This document shows, in pieces, positions 48,226 through 62,430 of a stretch of 64,000 bases of DNA. Each line of letters begins with the position of its first letter. The first letter of the stretch is position 1. The notes under the pieces were generated by a model. That model had not been told where the DNA came from, did not search any database, and was given only the letters and a program-made list of their open reading frames with translations. Both the position numbers and the translations under genes were made by a program. The DNA is taken from the NCBI RefSeq assembly GCF_963921235.1, contig NC_086118.1, positions 14,572,001-14,636,000 on the forward strand, in the 5' to 3' direction. The DNA is from Mobula hypostoma (lineage: Eukaryota).

Positions 48226-50899
48226 TCCCCTCTATGAGGATCCTGCTGGACTTCTATTGAAGATTCAATGGTTGATCAGGCAAATCTCCAAAGAGTTCCC
48301 CACTGATTTGAGTTGATTTTTAGTCTGTCTGTCATGTTGAAGTTTGTAGCGGCTTAAAATTATTTTACTGTCCATATTGAAGGTCAATAAGTCAGAAGTC
48401 AAAAAGTTTGCTCACACAATATCTTCAACTCTGATGACTGCTGGCACTGAGTTACTCCACAAAAACATTCTACCCGACAACTTTGCCAAGAATGAGTTCA
48501 GTTGTTTTTCTAATGTGCATTTTGACTGTCAAGATTATTTGGCCATCTGTTTTTGAAAATAGATACTATTTTACTTGTTTATTGTCAATGCAAGAGAATG
48601 TATTTCATTTTTATCAGATTCTGCACAATAACTGTTAACACCTAGACATTCACAATATTAGTCACTTGAGATTTGTTGAATTCTTTCATTTCATCCACGG
48701 TGCCATTGTAACCAACATGAAAGACATTACTTAGAGCTGCAAAAATTGTTTATGATGAATTGCTACTGTTAATCATTTCTGTACTACTTTTTCAGGTAAT
48801 AAATACTGCTATTTGTTGATTATATTTAGATGGTTCCAAGTTTATTACTTAAGAGATTTTTTTTGTCGATTATATGTCACTCAGTTACTGACCTTCAGCC
48901 CAGTTACTGACCTTCAGCCCAGTTTCTCAAGTAAAATCTTTTAATGTAATCAATTTTTATTTCTTTTGAATTCCAGTGCTTAATGAAGTATCACAGATTT
49001 CCTCATGCAGACAAATAATATTTCATTGAATTTCAGAAAAGCTGGAATACTTGCATCTATTGCTCATTTATAGTGTGTCCATTCCAGCTGTCTTGCTATT
49101 CATCAGTATTAAAACAAGTCATGAAAAGTTAATGTACCACATTGTTAAAATTAGTACTCTGAAATACGTCAGTTTTAGCAAAATAAGCTTATTTGTCTAT
49201 TTGAACTGTTTCTGCAGTATGGTCTATTAATGCCATGGGATAATTTCTTTCTAAACAAAGGCAAAACACCAAGGACAGACTTTTGCAATAATCATATAAA
49301 AGGACAATGTTCTTGATGGGTTTTATTGCTAATGTAACCCTATTCGTTTTGATATAGAATTTGCCTTCTAACATATAGACCATTTACATTTGGCAGCAAG
49401 TGGGCCATAAACAGCTCCTCAGAGGAGACAGTGATGTTGAGCAGAGCTAAAAAATATTTGCTTAGATCTCCGTTTTTCTCTCGATGTGTCAGAATTCCTG
49501 AAACCACATTCTGGTCTCTATCTTAAGGAGGTGATTCACCAACAGCTGGCAAATCAGTCTTGACTTTGTCAGATTAGTGGTTTCCCCAGTAGTGCAAAGT
49601 ACATTTTTACAGGTTTTACTGAAAATGTTCATCTGCACATCTGATTTTGTTCAGTATCTAATGATGCCTTTATTCCAGCTAGCCTTTACAACTCTCTATA
49701 ATCTTGCGAACAGCTGCTTGAGTGAAGGTTATTTTAAAGACATGATAAATTACTACACAGGATATGAACAAGATAGAACAAGGTGGGGAAGGGGTAAGAA
49801 ATGAAATGTTATCTATCTTCTGGATTTTTTTACACAGTGAAAATGTTAAAAATTGCAGATACTGGAAAAGTGAAACTATAGTCAGAATTACTCTAAAAAG
49901 ATCTAGCACAAGTTCAATGAGCTGAAAGGTCTTTTTGTGGCAAAACAATTGTATATTTTTATTTTGTTTGATCTTAAGTATGAACTTGTGCTCTCTGGAT
50001 TTCTGTTCCATTAATATAAGCACACCATCTTACCAGGCTTTCAGCAGGTATCAATCTACCTTTAATATTCAGGCTAAAAATAATCAAATGTCTAAACCAA
50101 CAGCCATCAAGTAAGTTACAAAAGGCAAACGCAAACTTAAAAGTACTTTTTAAAATTACTTTTATCTGTCACTATTCTTTTTGATGATGCAACTAACTTT
50201 TTCCTATACATAAAACCTCTGAGCAAAATAAAGCATCTTTTGTTGGATATTGTTTGACTGTAGTTAGAGGTTGAAACTGATATGACTGTCATCAAATTGT
50301 AATCTGATTCCTGTCCATTAATTGCAGACAGTGAAGCCTTTCTTCATTGTACTGTGAAAAGCAAAGGATTTTGTTCCACAAATGAAATTCTGCAAAGGTA
50401 GATGGGATTCAAATAAGCCTAGGGATTCATCAAACAGGCTGATATTGACATTGAGATATGGACCCCATATGGTATATCTCAGGTACAGTGACTACCAGAT
50501 GAATAATCAAGAGATGCCAGTTCAGATCCCACCATTACAACCGTGGAATTTAAATCCAGTTAAAATAACCTGGAATTAAAAATTGAAGTCAGTCTTGGTG
50601 ATAATGACTGTAAAACAATGGAATTATTGTACAAACTCACCTGGAGAGAATCTGCCACCCTGACTAGGTCCATTCTGTATGTAATTCCAGCAAGGCAGTG
50701 AGTTGTACAGAGGTACACGTAGGAACTAGACTTGGCCACTAAGCCCCTTAAATCTTTTCCATGTTCAGTAAGAGTGTAACTGATCTATGTATATAGTCCC
50801 ATTTCTGTCAAATTATAACATTTCACTCCCTGCTTTCCATGAATTTACTACCTCTACCCTAAAAAAAAATTCAAAGGCTCTGCTTCTACCACTGTTTAG

Positions 50900-52890
50900 T
50901 ACTTAGATTATTACAACACCATACAAGTCCTTCAGTCTATGCTGCTGTGCTGACCTTCTAACCTACTCCAAGATCAATCTAGCCCTACTCTCTCACATAC
51001 CCATGGAAGTGTGTTCCAAGCACTCACCATTCTGTGTAAAAATAAAACTTACATCTGTCATTCCCTCTATACTTTCCTTGAATTACCTTTAAATTTTGCC
51101 CCATAGTATTAACAATTTCTTCCCTACGTATCTATGCCTCTTGCTATTTTATACACCTTTATCATGCTGCTTCATGTCCTTCTTTGCTCCAAAGAGAATA
51201 GTCTTAGCTCACTCAACCAAGAAGCCGTGGTCTCTAATCCAATTATTATCCTGGTAAGTCTCTGCACGCTCTCTAAAGCTTCTACATCCTTACTATAATG
51301 AAGCAACCAGAACTAAACACAGTATTCCAAGAGTGATCTAACTAGGGTTTAAAGAGCTGCAACATTACCTCACAGCTCTTCAATTCAATCCTCTGACTAA
51401 TGAATACCAATAGACCATGTGCTTCCTTAACCACCCTATCAAATTGCGTGGCAAATTTGAGGGATCTTTGGACATAACTCCAAGATCCCTCTGTTCCTTC
51501 AGACTGCTAAGAATCTGGCCATTAACCCTGTTCTCAACCTTCCAAAGAGCATCATTTCACACTTCGCACTTTTCTGGATTGAAATCCATCTGCCTCTGCT
51601 CATCCCAACTCTGCATCCTATCACTATCCCATTTGAACCTATGACAACCTTCTACAATATCGGCAACACCAGCAACCTTAATGTCATCTGCAAACTTACC
51701 CTCTTTTCCACTTCCACACCCAAGTCACTTAGAAAAATCACAAAGAGCAGGGATCCCAGAACAGATTCCTGTGGAACCCACTTGTCACTGACCTACAGGC
51801 AGAATGCTCTCTCCATCCACTACCACCTGCTGTTTTCTATGTACAAGCCAATTCCATATTCACACAGCTAAATTTCACTGGATCCCGTACCTTCTGACTT
51901 TCTGAATGAGCCTACCATGAGGAACCTTTTCAAATGCCTTACTAAAATCCATATACACCACATCCACTGCTTTACCTTCATCATTTGGTGTTTCATTTCC
52001 TCAAAGAAAATGACCTGCCACTCACAAAGCTATGCCGACTATCCCTAATCAGACTATGCTTCCCCACATGTTCCTGTCTCAAAGGATCCTGTCCAATAGT
52101 TTTTCACACCACTGACATAAGACTAACTGGCCTGTAATTCTGAGAATTATCCCCTTTACCTTTCTTGAACAAAGGATTAATGTTTCTCTTCTGGTACTAC
52201 CCTGTGCCAAATGAGCATGCAAATGGCATCGCCAAAGACACAACAATCTCTTCCCTCTCCTCTCATAGTAACCTGGGGTATATCCCATCTGGCCCCAAAT
52301 ATTTTTCAAAATTGCAGCACATCTTCTTTCTTAACGTTGACATGTTCCAACATATCAGCATATTTTACATTGTCCTCGCATTCAAAATCAGGTTTATTAT
52401 CACCGGCATGTGACATTAAATTTGTTAACTTAGCAGCAGCAATTGTTCAATGCAATGCATCAGGGGTCCCCAACCTTTTTTGCACTGTGGACTGGTTTAA
52501 TATTGTCGATATTCTTGCGGACCGGCCAACCGGGGGATGGGGGGGTAGGGTGGTGTTCAAGTTCAACAGTGTGTGTCAGGGAATGAGGAAAGGTGCAGCT
52601 GACTCATATCGTTTCATATTGCCAAATCATATCGTTTCTGCGTGGCCTGATACAGGTCCACGGCCCCGTGGTTGGGGACCACTGCAATACATAATATAGA
52701 AGAAATAAAACTAACAAAAAAGAAAGAAAGAAATTACAGTACATTTATATTGAATAGATTTAAAATCATGGAAGAAACAGAAATACTATATATTTTTTAA
52801 AAATGGGATAGTGTCCAAGGGTTCAAGGGGTTATGTTCATAGATCCATTTGCCAAAGTCCCTCTCACTGGTGAATACTGAAGCAAAGGGG
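50900..52890 (-). mobile_element. CR1 LINE RT and 3' end, interrupted at about 52380-52845
   Basis: Reverse strand gives 'VDGVYMDFSKAFEKVPHGRL' near 51910-51970 and other CR1 ORF2 motifs; CR1 sequence resumes 'ctggtgaatactgaagcaaa' at about 52868. Confidence 0.8.
52461..52684. mobile_element. hAT-Charlie-type MITE (224 bp) with an 8-bp TSD
   Basis: TIRs CAGGGGTCCCCAACC / GGTTGGGGACCACTG; TSD CAATGCAT / CAATACAT. Confidence 0.85.
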
Positions 52891-53879
52891 TATTGTGAAA
52901 TTGTGCATGGAGGACGAAGAGGTAATTAAAGACCTCTGTCTGGCTCTGTACTGGAAAGATGATAGTATTCCGAGGCCCAATGATGGTCATTTTCAGGATA
53001 ATATTGTCACTTTACACATTCCAAGATGCATTACTGAGAACATTCCAGGCATACCTGGTGAAATGTCCAACAAAGGGGAAATGGTCATTATCATATTGGT
53101 CTCAAGATGGTGCTGAGGTGGATTCTCCATCAAGGTTGTGGCTCAAACTTAGTTGTTTTCCTAGGATCATAGGCATGATGTTTGGGACGGAGAAAGAGGA
53201 GTTATAGGTCAGGGTAGGGTTAGCGACAGGGATGTGGGGGAGTTAGATGTCAGGCCAGAGTCTAGGCTTCTGCTCCATGTTCATAGACTCAATAATGTGG
53301 ATATGTGATGAAGGGCATCTGTGGACGGATGTCAGGTTGCAGACTAGTGAGGATGAGGGCTGGTGGCCCCCACACTGCATCCCCAGGTCAGTGAACCGTT
53401 GCTGGATTCCAGGATCACAGTTCCATAAGAACAGGAGGTACGAGGATGGGTGACCCCTAGGTACCAGAATTTGAGGTTGAGGGTCCCATGATTGGCCAGT
53501 CTGGAGTTTGGGTGTAAATTCATGGTCCCCATTCACGATCATCAGTGAGACCTGAGGTTGATACCAAAGGGCAATTAGAAATTGGGGCCTAACGCCCAGA
53601 GCCCTGGGTCTTCAAGTCCATCTGTGAATCCCCAGGTCCACTGGAGGCTAGAGACTGGAGTTGGCCTGTTCTGGATTTGGAGGACCATGTGTGTGCATGT
53701 GTGTATGGGAGAGAGGAACGGGGCTTCTTTCACTGTTGTTTTGTTGCTTGTGGTGTTCTGTTTCATTGTGTTCTACAACCCATGGTCACTATATTAGGTA
53801 CAACTGCTCGTTAATGTAATTATCTGATCAGCCAATCATGTGGCAGCAACTCAATGCATAACAGCATGCAGACATGGTC

Positions 53880-54325
53880 GTGGTAAGGCCACACTTAGAT
53901 TGGAGAAACAACACCTTATATTCCGTTTGGGTAGCCTCAAACCTGATAGTGTGAACATCAATTTCTCAAATTTCTAGTAATGCCTCCCCCCCATTACTAT
54001 TTCCCATCCCCTGGTACCTCTTTCATGTTCTCTCCCTGCTTGCACATCACCTCCCTCTGGCGCTCCCAGCCCCCCCCCCACCCCCCATTTTCTTTCTTTC
54101 ATGGCAATCTGTCTCTTTCACCAATCAACTTCCTAGCTCTTTGCTTCATCCCTCAAGTTCCACCCATCGCCTGGTGTTTATCTCTCCCCTCCCCAGCCCT
54201 TCAAATCTACTCCTCAGCTTTTTCTCTCCAGTCCTGCCGAAGGGTTTCGGCCTGAAACATTGACTGTATGTTTTTCCGTAGATGCTGCCTGGCCTGCTGA
54301 GTTCCTGCAGCATTTTGTGTACGTT
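53880..54325 (+). mobile_element. Penelope-like 3' fragment with hammerhead-like motif, nested in a Tc1 relic
   Basis: 'ATLRLEKQHLIFRLGSLKPDSVNINF' end of the GIY-YIG ORF, a pyrimidine-rich UTR, then CAGTC-CTGCCGA-AGGGTTTCGGCCT-GAAA-CATT-GACTG at 54229-54266. Confidence 0.8.
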
Positions 54326-55404
54326 GCAGTAACTAAAGTAACCATGCATTACAACAGTGGTGCAAAAAGGAGCCTCCCCGAAAAACACAGAATGTAGAAC
54401 TTTGAAGTGGATAGGCTACAGCAATGAAAAACCATATTGGGTTCCACTCTTGTACCTAATAAAGTGACCAGTGAGCATGCGTTGTTCAGCAGAGTATCAT
54501 TGCCTTGTTATGTTGCCACCAGAATGTGTGGCGACATTTGCAGGTTGCCCCCAGCACATCCATAGGTTGTGTTGGCAATTGAGGCAAACATTACATTTCA
54601 TCTCATTTTCAATGCACATGTGGTGAATCAATTTGAATCTGTGGGAGGAGTAGGGATGGGATTAATTTTCAACCATTTCAACCTGAGGGAGATAAACTTG
54701 ATTTAATTTCTATGCATACATTGATATCTTGGGTTTTCCTGCAATAACAAAATAAATTGATATTTATAGATTCTTTCATGACACAATGACACTTAAAAGA
54801 TTCTGAGCTGTAGCCACACAAAACAGGAGGTAAAAAGTCTAAGGTTGAGATGCATCTGCACCCATGGCCCCGCAGCACATTGATCTGCTGTGGGAAGACC
54901 AGATGGAACTATCATTCTATGTAAAATCTGCATTCTATCAATAATAATGCAGTGTCTGGTGAAATCCTAACCAGTGAAATCGCTCAGATCTTGGAGAAAT
55001 AAATCTACAATGTGGAATTTCAGCTCCTTTAAACAGGCTTTTGTTTTAACCACAAACCAACTGCCAGTGAAGCAGTCTCCAACAAAGGTAGTATTTCATG
55101 TAATGCCACTATCTCTTTCAGTTTTTGATCTTAACACTGTGCTTCTACTCCTTTCTTTGTTCCTGGCCACATGCCCACATCTGACTTCTCAGTCGTATTT
55201 TGTTGAAAATTGTTCCTAGGTTCCTGCGGACAACTGCTCAGTGTCAGAATCCTGCTTCTTAAAGTTGCCACAGTGACCTATCAAAGAACAGGACACTTAA
55301 TTTGATGGGGAAAAAATTGTCTTTGGAGCCTTTGCAGTTTTTGTTTTGAAGTACTTAAGTAGCAAGACTAGCAAACACTAGAAGACCACAAAACCATAAG
55401 ATAT

Positions 55405-55797
55405 TGTTGCAAGGACATGGCTGGGGACGAACCCAAGTGCAGAACACAGGCGCTGAGGCAGAGCCGTGAGGTATTAGCACCGCCACAAACGGAGAACCGG
55501 TATCCAGGAAAGTCTTTACACAGAGACAAGTATCACGTAGAGTATCCGGGAAACGATGCGAAACTTAGAACTGACAGTTCTCAGTAATCAGGAAACGAGG
55601 TTTACTCACACGAGAGACGACTAACAAACTGGCAGCTCCTTGTTGTGATCACAGGGTCTTTATCCTGCATCGTCTGATGGAAAACAAGTGTGTGTAGTTA
55701 GTGGAACCTGGGAATGATTGAAAATTCAACAAGGGGATTGAGGCCCAATTCCTGAGGTAACTAGCAAGGTGGGGGATTGCCAGAAGGGACCATGACA
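55405..55797 (-). mobile_element. Solo LTR (393 bp) with a 5-bp TSD
   Basis: TGTTGCAA...CCATGACA termini; GATAT at 55400-55404 and 55798-55802; termini are the reverse complement of those of the 19500 solo LTR. Confidence 0.85.
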
Positions 55798-55802
55798 GAT
55801 AT

Positions 55803-58800
55803 AGGATGCAAGATATAGGAGCAGAATTAGGCCCTTTGACCCTCGAGACTGTTCCGCCATTTCATCATTGCTGATCCAATTTTCCTCTCAGCCCCAATCT
55901 CCTGCCTTCTCCCTGTATCCCTTCATGCCCTGACCAATCAAGAATCTATCAACCTCTGCCTCAAATATACATAAAGACCTGGCCTCCACAGCTACTTGTG
56001 GCAAAGAATTCCACAGATTCACCACCCTCTGGCTAAAGAAATTCCTTCTCACCTCCATTCTAAAAGGATGCCCTCTATTCTGAGGCTGTGTCCACTGGTC
56101 TTAAACTCTCCTACCATAGGAAACATCCTGTCCACCTCCACTCTATCAAGGCCTTTCACTGTCTGATAGGTTTCAATTAGGTCACCCCTCATTATTCTGA
56201 ATTCTCATGAATACAGGCCCAGAGCCATCAAATGCTCTTCATATGTTAAGCTGTTCAATTCTGAAACTGTTTTCGTGAATCTCTTTTGAGCCTTCTCCAG
56301 TTTCAGAACGTCCTTTCTAAGATAAGAGACCCAGAACTGTTCACAATAGTCCAAGTGAAGCCTCACCAGCACTTCATAAAGTCTCATCATTACATCCTTG
56401 CTTTTATATTCTAGTCCTCTTGAAATGAATGTTAATATTGCATTTGCCTTCCTCATCACAGACTCAGACTGCAAGTTAACCTTTAGGGAAACATGCTCAA
56501 GGACTCCCAAATCCCTTTGCATCTCAGTTTTTTTTTGTGTTTTCTCTCCACTTAGAAAATGGTCAACCTTTTTATTTGTTCTTCCAAAGTGCATAACTGT
56601 ATACTTCTCAACACTGTATTCTGTCTGCCATTTCTTTGCCATTCTCTTAATCTGTCTAAGTCCTTCTGTAGCCTGTCTACCTCCTCAAACCTATATGCCC
56701 CTCCAGCTATCTTCATATTGTTTGCAAACTTTGCAACATAGCCATCAGTTCCATGATCTCTTTAGCCACTTCTTAAAGAACCCTGGAGTGTACACCATCT
56801 GATCCAGGTGACTTACCTACCCTCAGGCCTTTCAGTTTCCCAAGAACCTTCTCTCTAGTTGTGGTAACTTTACTTACTTTCTGTCCCCTGACACCTGGAA
56901 TTTCCACGATACTGCTAGTGCCTTCCACAGTTAAGACTGATACAAAATACTTATTCACTTTGCCCGCTATTTTATTGTTCCCCCCCCCCCCATTGCTACC
57001 TTTCCAGCATCATTTTCCTGCAGTCCAAAATCTACTCTTCTCTCTCTTTTACATGGTATGCATCTGAAGAAACTTTTGGTATCCTCTTTAATATTATTGG
57101 CTAGCTTACTTTCGTTTTCTGTCTTGATCATCTTAATTACTTTGTTAGTTGCCTTCTGTTGGTTTTTTAAAGCTTCCCAATCATCTAACTTCCCACTAAT
57201 CTTTGCACCATTATATGGCCTATTTGGATTTTATGTTGGCATTGACTTTTCGTGTTAGCCATGGTTGTATCCACTTGCCTTTAGAATACTTCTTCCTCTT
57301 CGGAATGTATATATCCTGTGCCTTCTGAATTGCTTACAGGAACTCCAGCCATTGCTGCTCTGCTGTCATCTTTACCAGTATTCTTTTCCAATCTATTCCG
57401 GCCAACTCCTCTCTTAAGCCTCTGTAATTCCCTTTACTCCACTGTAATATTGATACAGTTGACTTCAGCTTTTCCTTCTCAAATTTCAGAGTAAAGTCAA
57501 TCATATTAAGATACTTTCCCCTAAAGGTTCTTTGCCTTAAGCTTTCTGATCAATTCTGGTTCATTGCACAACACCCAATCCAGAACAGCTGATCCTGTAA
57601 TGGGCTCAACCACGAGCTGCTCTAAAAAGCCATCTCATAGGCACTCTAGAAATTCCACTCCTGTAATCCAGCACCAAACTGACTTTTCCAATCGACCTGC
57701 ATACTGAAGTTCTCCATGACTATTGTAACATTGCCCTTTTGCCATGCATTTTCTATCTCCCGTTATAATTTGTAGACATCATCCTTACTACTGTTAGGGG
57801 TCTGTATACAACTCCCATCAAGGTGTTTTTACCCTTGCAGTTCCTTAGCTCTATCCACAATGATTCAACATCTTCTTATCGTATGTCACCTCCTAATGAT
57901 TTGATTTCATTTTTTACCAAAAGAGCAACACTGCAACACAGACCCTTCTGCCTTCCTGCCTATCCTTTCGATACAGTGTGTATCCTTAGATATTAAGCTC
58001 ATAGTTATAATCTTTCAGCCGTGATTCCACGATGCCTATAACATCATACCTGCCAATCCACAACTGTGCTGCAAGTTTGTCTTATTCCATGAAATGCAAA
58101 TACAACACCTTCAGTCCTGTATTCACCCTTTTTGATTTTGTTGCACATGCTCAACCTTTTGATTTCTATCTTTGTCTGAGATCTTACAAACATCGGCCTC
58201 CACGTCCTCTCCACTAGCTATTCTGGACCTCTAGTTCCCATCCCCCTGCAGCTCTAGTTTAAAACCCACTATGCAGCTTTAACAGACCTTCCCGCTAGGA
58301 TATTATTCCCTTCCATTTCAGGTGCAAATTGTGCTTTCTTTACAGGTTCCACCTTCCCTGGAAGAACGCGCAATGATCCAAAAATATGATGCTCTCCCTC
58401 CTACACCAGCTCTTTAGCCACGTATTAAACTATATATTCTTCCTAGTTCTGACCTCGCTAGCATGTGGCACAGGTAGCAATCCTGAGATCACAACCCTGG
58501 AGTACCTGCCTTTTAACTTACCACCTAACTCCCTGAAATCCCTATGCAGAACCTAGTTACTCGTTCTACCCATGTCATTGGTACCTACGTGGACCACAAT
58601 TTTTGTCTGTTCATCCTGCCAATTCAAAATGCTGAGGATTCGATCCAAGGGGACCCTGGCACCCGGGAGGCAACATGCCATTCAGGAATCTCGTTCTCGC
58701 CTACAGAACCTCCTGTCTGTTCCCCAAACAAATCCCCTATCACCCTATCTTATTCCCTTTTCCCATCTGAGTTACAGAGGCATACTCAATATGACTTCAT

Positions 58801-59160
58801 TCTGTTAGGACATCCTCTCCGACAGTATCCAAAGTGATATGTCTGCTGTTGACGGGGATAGCTCAGGAGTACTCTGCACCCACTCCTTAACTCCCTTCCC
58901 CTTCCTGACTGTCACCCAGCTTCCTGTGCCCTGCACCTTGAGTGTAATTACCTTTCTCCATGGCCTATGTCTTACCCCTTCGGCCTCCCAAATGATCCGG
59001 AGTTCATCCAGTTCCAGCTCCAACTCCTTAACGTGGTGTGTTAGAAGCTGCAGCTAAATCCACCTCGCAGTTTTAGTGGTCAGGGATACCGGAGGAGGTC
59101 TCCCTGCCTTCCCACATCCCGCAAGTGGAGCATTGCACTGTCCTGCCTGTCATCTCTACG
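55803..59160 (-). mobile_element. CR1 LINE with ORF1 and ORF2 remnants; most of RT core deleted at about 56755
   Basis: ORF1 'ELELDELRIIWEAEG...SWVTVRKGKG'; ORF2 'NKYFVSVLTVE...KSPGSDGVHSRVL' joined almost directly to 'AKKWQTEYSVEK...RDLGV...LVRLHLDYCEQFW'. Confidence 0.9.
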
Positions 59161-59579
59161 TAGCCGAATAAATGTAAAGAAGAGAATGGAAAAAAAAAAC
59201 TTGAGCATTGCTTTCTCTGAGTGAAGCCTACCTTCACGGAAAATTCAAAGAGCTAAAAACTTAAGATCACCACTCAGATGATGGCCGCTGCACTTACCCC
59301 ATCTTCCTTTAATTTGACCCAAGCCCAAGCGCCAATTAGCTGCTGGTCAAAACTCTATTGCACTGCGATGAACTGCCACTGCCTTTTATCCTTGGGCACT
59401 GGACCTGATTGAAGTCCCCTCCTCTCCAAACTTCTGATATCCGGATTGGCCGCTGGTCAAAGCTATTCCAGAGGGTTTACTAATATGAAGACTAACATTA
59501 AGATTATATTAACATTATAATCTTCTGGGGTGCCATCAAGAAAGTGACCCGTGTGAGCAGCCCTGATGGAAACCATCAA

Positions 59580-62430
59580 ATATTTCCATTTTACACTGCT
59601 ACAGCTGAAAACCACAGCTACATCTAAGGCCTGTACAGTTAGTAACATTGTTTTAAGGTGTTTAAAAAATCTATCGCTAATCAAAGTCCTTGAAAGTCGA
59701 ATGGACTCTGGTCACTGGCTCAGTTCTCCTTTAAGACAGCGGAAGGGACGATGATGTTCTGGTTTAAAAGTTTGTCTCACGAAGATTGGTTTTCGACTCC
59801 CAATACCAACCTGCTGTAGCAGAGGGACGTTGATGTGCTTTATGTTTCACAGAGTCTTGGATGTCCCCCGCCATTCCAATACAGCTCGATAGCTTCATAG
59901 TTCTCAGACAAGATAGGACTTCTGAGTCTTACAAAGGTGGTAGAGGTGGAGTACGCCTTGTGGTGTACAAGCATTGCAGTGCTGTTCTCGTACGACTCAG
60001 CCTACTTGGACGATCTCACGATCAAGTTCCAGCCATTTTATCTGCCACGGAAGATTTCAGCAATCATCTTCATAGCGATGTACCTCCTACCTCCTGTCAA
60101 ACAGGCTCTAGGTGAACTGAGCAAGGTAATGAACAGGCATAAAACAGTGAATCCTTATGCCTTGCCTATCATTCTGGGGGATTTTAACCAGACCGGCTTG
60201 AAAAAGGCTTTAAATAATTATTACCAACATACCAGTTGTAGAATCAGAGGAGCCAACATACTGGATCACTGTTAAAGCACCGTCAAAAGCGGATACTGTG
60301 CTATCCCATGCCCACACTTGGGAAAGTCTGATCAACTGCCTGTACTCCAACTCCCTGAGTACAGGCAGAGTTTGAAGACTGCAGCACCAGTAGTGAGGAC
60401 CAAGAAGGTGTGGACCAGGGAGGCACAGGAGTGCTTACAGGACTGCTTTGAATCAGAGGAACTGGACTGTATTCAGGGATTCATCTCCAAGTCTGAATGA
60501 GTACACCACAACTGTCACTGACTTCATTAAAATCTGTGTGGCTGAGTGTGTGCCCAAGAGAACTTAATGTACCTACCCACATCAAAAGACGTGAGTGTAC
60601 TAGGGGGTTCATAGTATACTGAGGGGTAAGTCTGAGGCATTCACGTCTGGCAAACCAGGACTGTGCAAGGAAACATGTACAACTTAACAGAGGGTTATCT
60701 TGAGAGCAAAGGAACAATTCCAAATGAGGTTGGAGGCAGAATTGGATGTAGGTTGACCCTGGCAGGGATGGCAAGCTAGTACTTCCTACAAAGCGAAACC
60801 AGTCATCATGAATGGCAGTGATGCTTCAACGTCTTTTATGCACTCTTTCAAAGGGAGAATAAAACTGCAGTTATCATGATCCCTGCAGCACACAGTGATC
60901 TTGCGATCTCTGTCTTGGAGACCAATGTCAGACCGTCTTTCCAGAGGGTGAACCCTTGCAAGTGGATAAACCCTGAATACCTGGTAGGACTCTGAAAACC
61001 TGAGCCAACCAGCTGGTGGGTGTGTTCAAGGACATTTCTAATCTCTCATTGCAACAATTGGAAGTTCCCACCTGCTTCAAAAGGGCAACAAGCATACCAG
61101 TGCCCAAGAAGAGCACTGTGAGCTGCCTTAACGGCTATCGTCCAGTAGCGCTCACATTTACGGTGATGAAGTGCTTTGAGTGCAATTAATTCCTGTCTCA
61201 GCAAGGATCCGGACCCACTGCAATTTGCCTATCAGCACAATACGGCTACTGCAGATGTGATCTCATTGGCTCTTCATGTGACCTTGGATCACCTGGGCAA
61301 TGCTGATACCTATGTCAGGACTCAGCTCAGCGTTCAACACAATCAATTGTACAGTTCTGATCAAGAAGCTCCAAGACGTGGGCCTCTGTACCTCTCTCTG
61401 CAACGAGATCCCTAATTTCCTAACCGAAAGACCACGATCTATGTCGATCGGAAATAACATCTCCACCTCACTGATAATCAACACTGGCACACCTCAGGGG
61501 CGTGTGCTTAGCCCGCTGCTCTACTCTCTCTATACCATGTCTGTGTGGCTAGGCATAGCTCAACTGCTATCCGTAAATTTGCTGATTACACAATTATTGT
61601 TGAGAGAATTTCTGATAGTGATGAGAGGGTGTACAGGATGAGATATATCAGCTGGTTAAATGGTGTCGCAGCAACAAACATGCACTCGACATCCATAAGA
61701 ACGAATAAATGATAGTAGATCTCAGAAAGGCTAAGACAAGGGAACACACACCAATCCTCGTAGAGGAATCAGAAGTGGAAAGAGTGAGCAATCTCAAGTT
61801 CCTGGATGTCAACATCTCTGAGGATGTATCCTGGGCCCAAATGGACAGCAGCTATATTTCATTAGCAGTTTGAGGGGATTTAGTATGTCACCAAACACTC
61901 TTGCAGATTTCTACAGATACACCATGGAGAACATTCTGCCTGGCTACATCACTGTCTGGTATGGGGGTGGGAGGCTACTACACAACATCAAAATAAGCTC
62001 CAAAGAGTTATAAACTTAGCTCCATCATCAGTACTAGCTTCCATAGTATCCAGGACGTCTTCAAGGAGTGATGCTTCAAAAAGGCAGCATCCATCAGTAA
62101 AGAACCTCATCATCCAGGACATTTCCTGTTCTCATTGCTACCATCAGGAGGGGAATACAGGAGCCTGAAGGCACACGCTCAATGATTCAGGAACAGCTTC
62201 TTCCCTTCTGACATCTGACTTCTGAAAGGACATTGAACCCATGAACACTACCTCACCACTTTCTATTTTTAATTTTGCATTACTTATTTAATTTAACTAT
62301 TTAATATGTAAGTACCTACAGTAATTCACAGTTTTTTTCCTCTATTATTAAGTATTGCTTTGTACTGCTGCTGCAAAACACTAAATTTCATGACATATGC
62401 TGGTGATATTAAACCTGATTCTGATTCTGA
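59580..62430 (+). mobile_element. Near-full-length decayed Rex1/Babar LINE
   Basis: 'PFYLPRKIS...ILGDFNQ...GANILDHC', 'GKSDQ', 'DPLQFAYQHN', 'SSAFNTI...GTPQGRVLSPLLYSLYT'; tail 'aaacctgattctgattctga'; many stops and frameshifts. Confidence 0.92.

Noticed and set aside
48882..48924. 19-bp tandem duplication CAGTTACTGACCTTCAGCC
   Set aside because: A simple two-copy slippage event with no sign of function.
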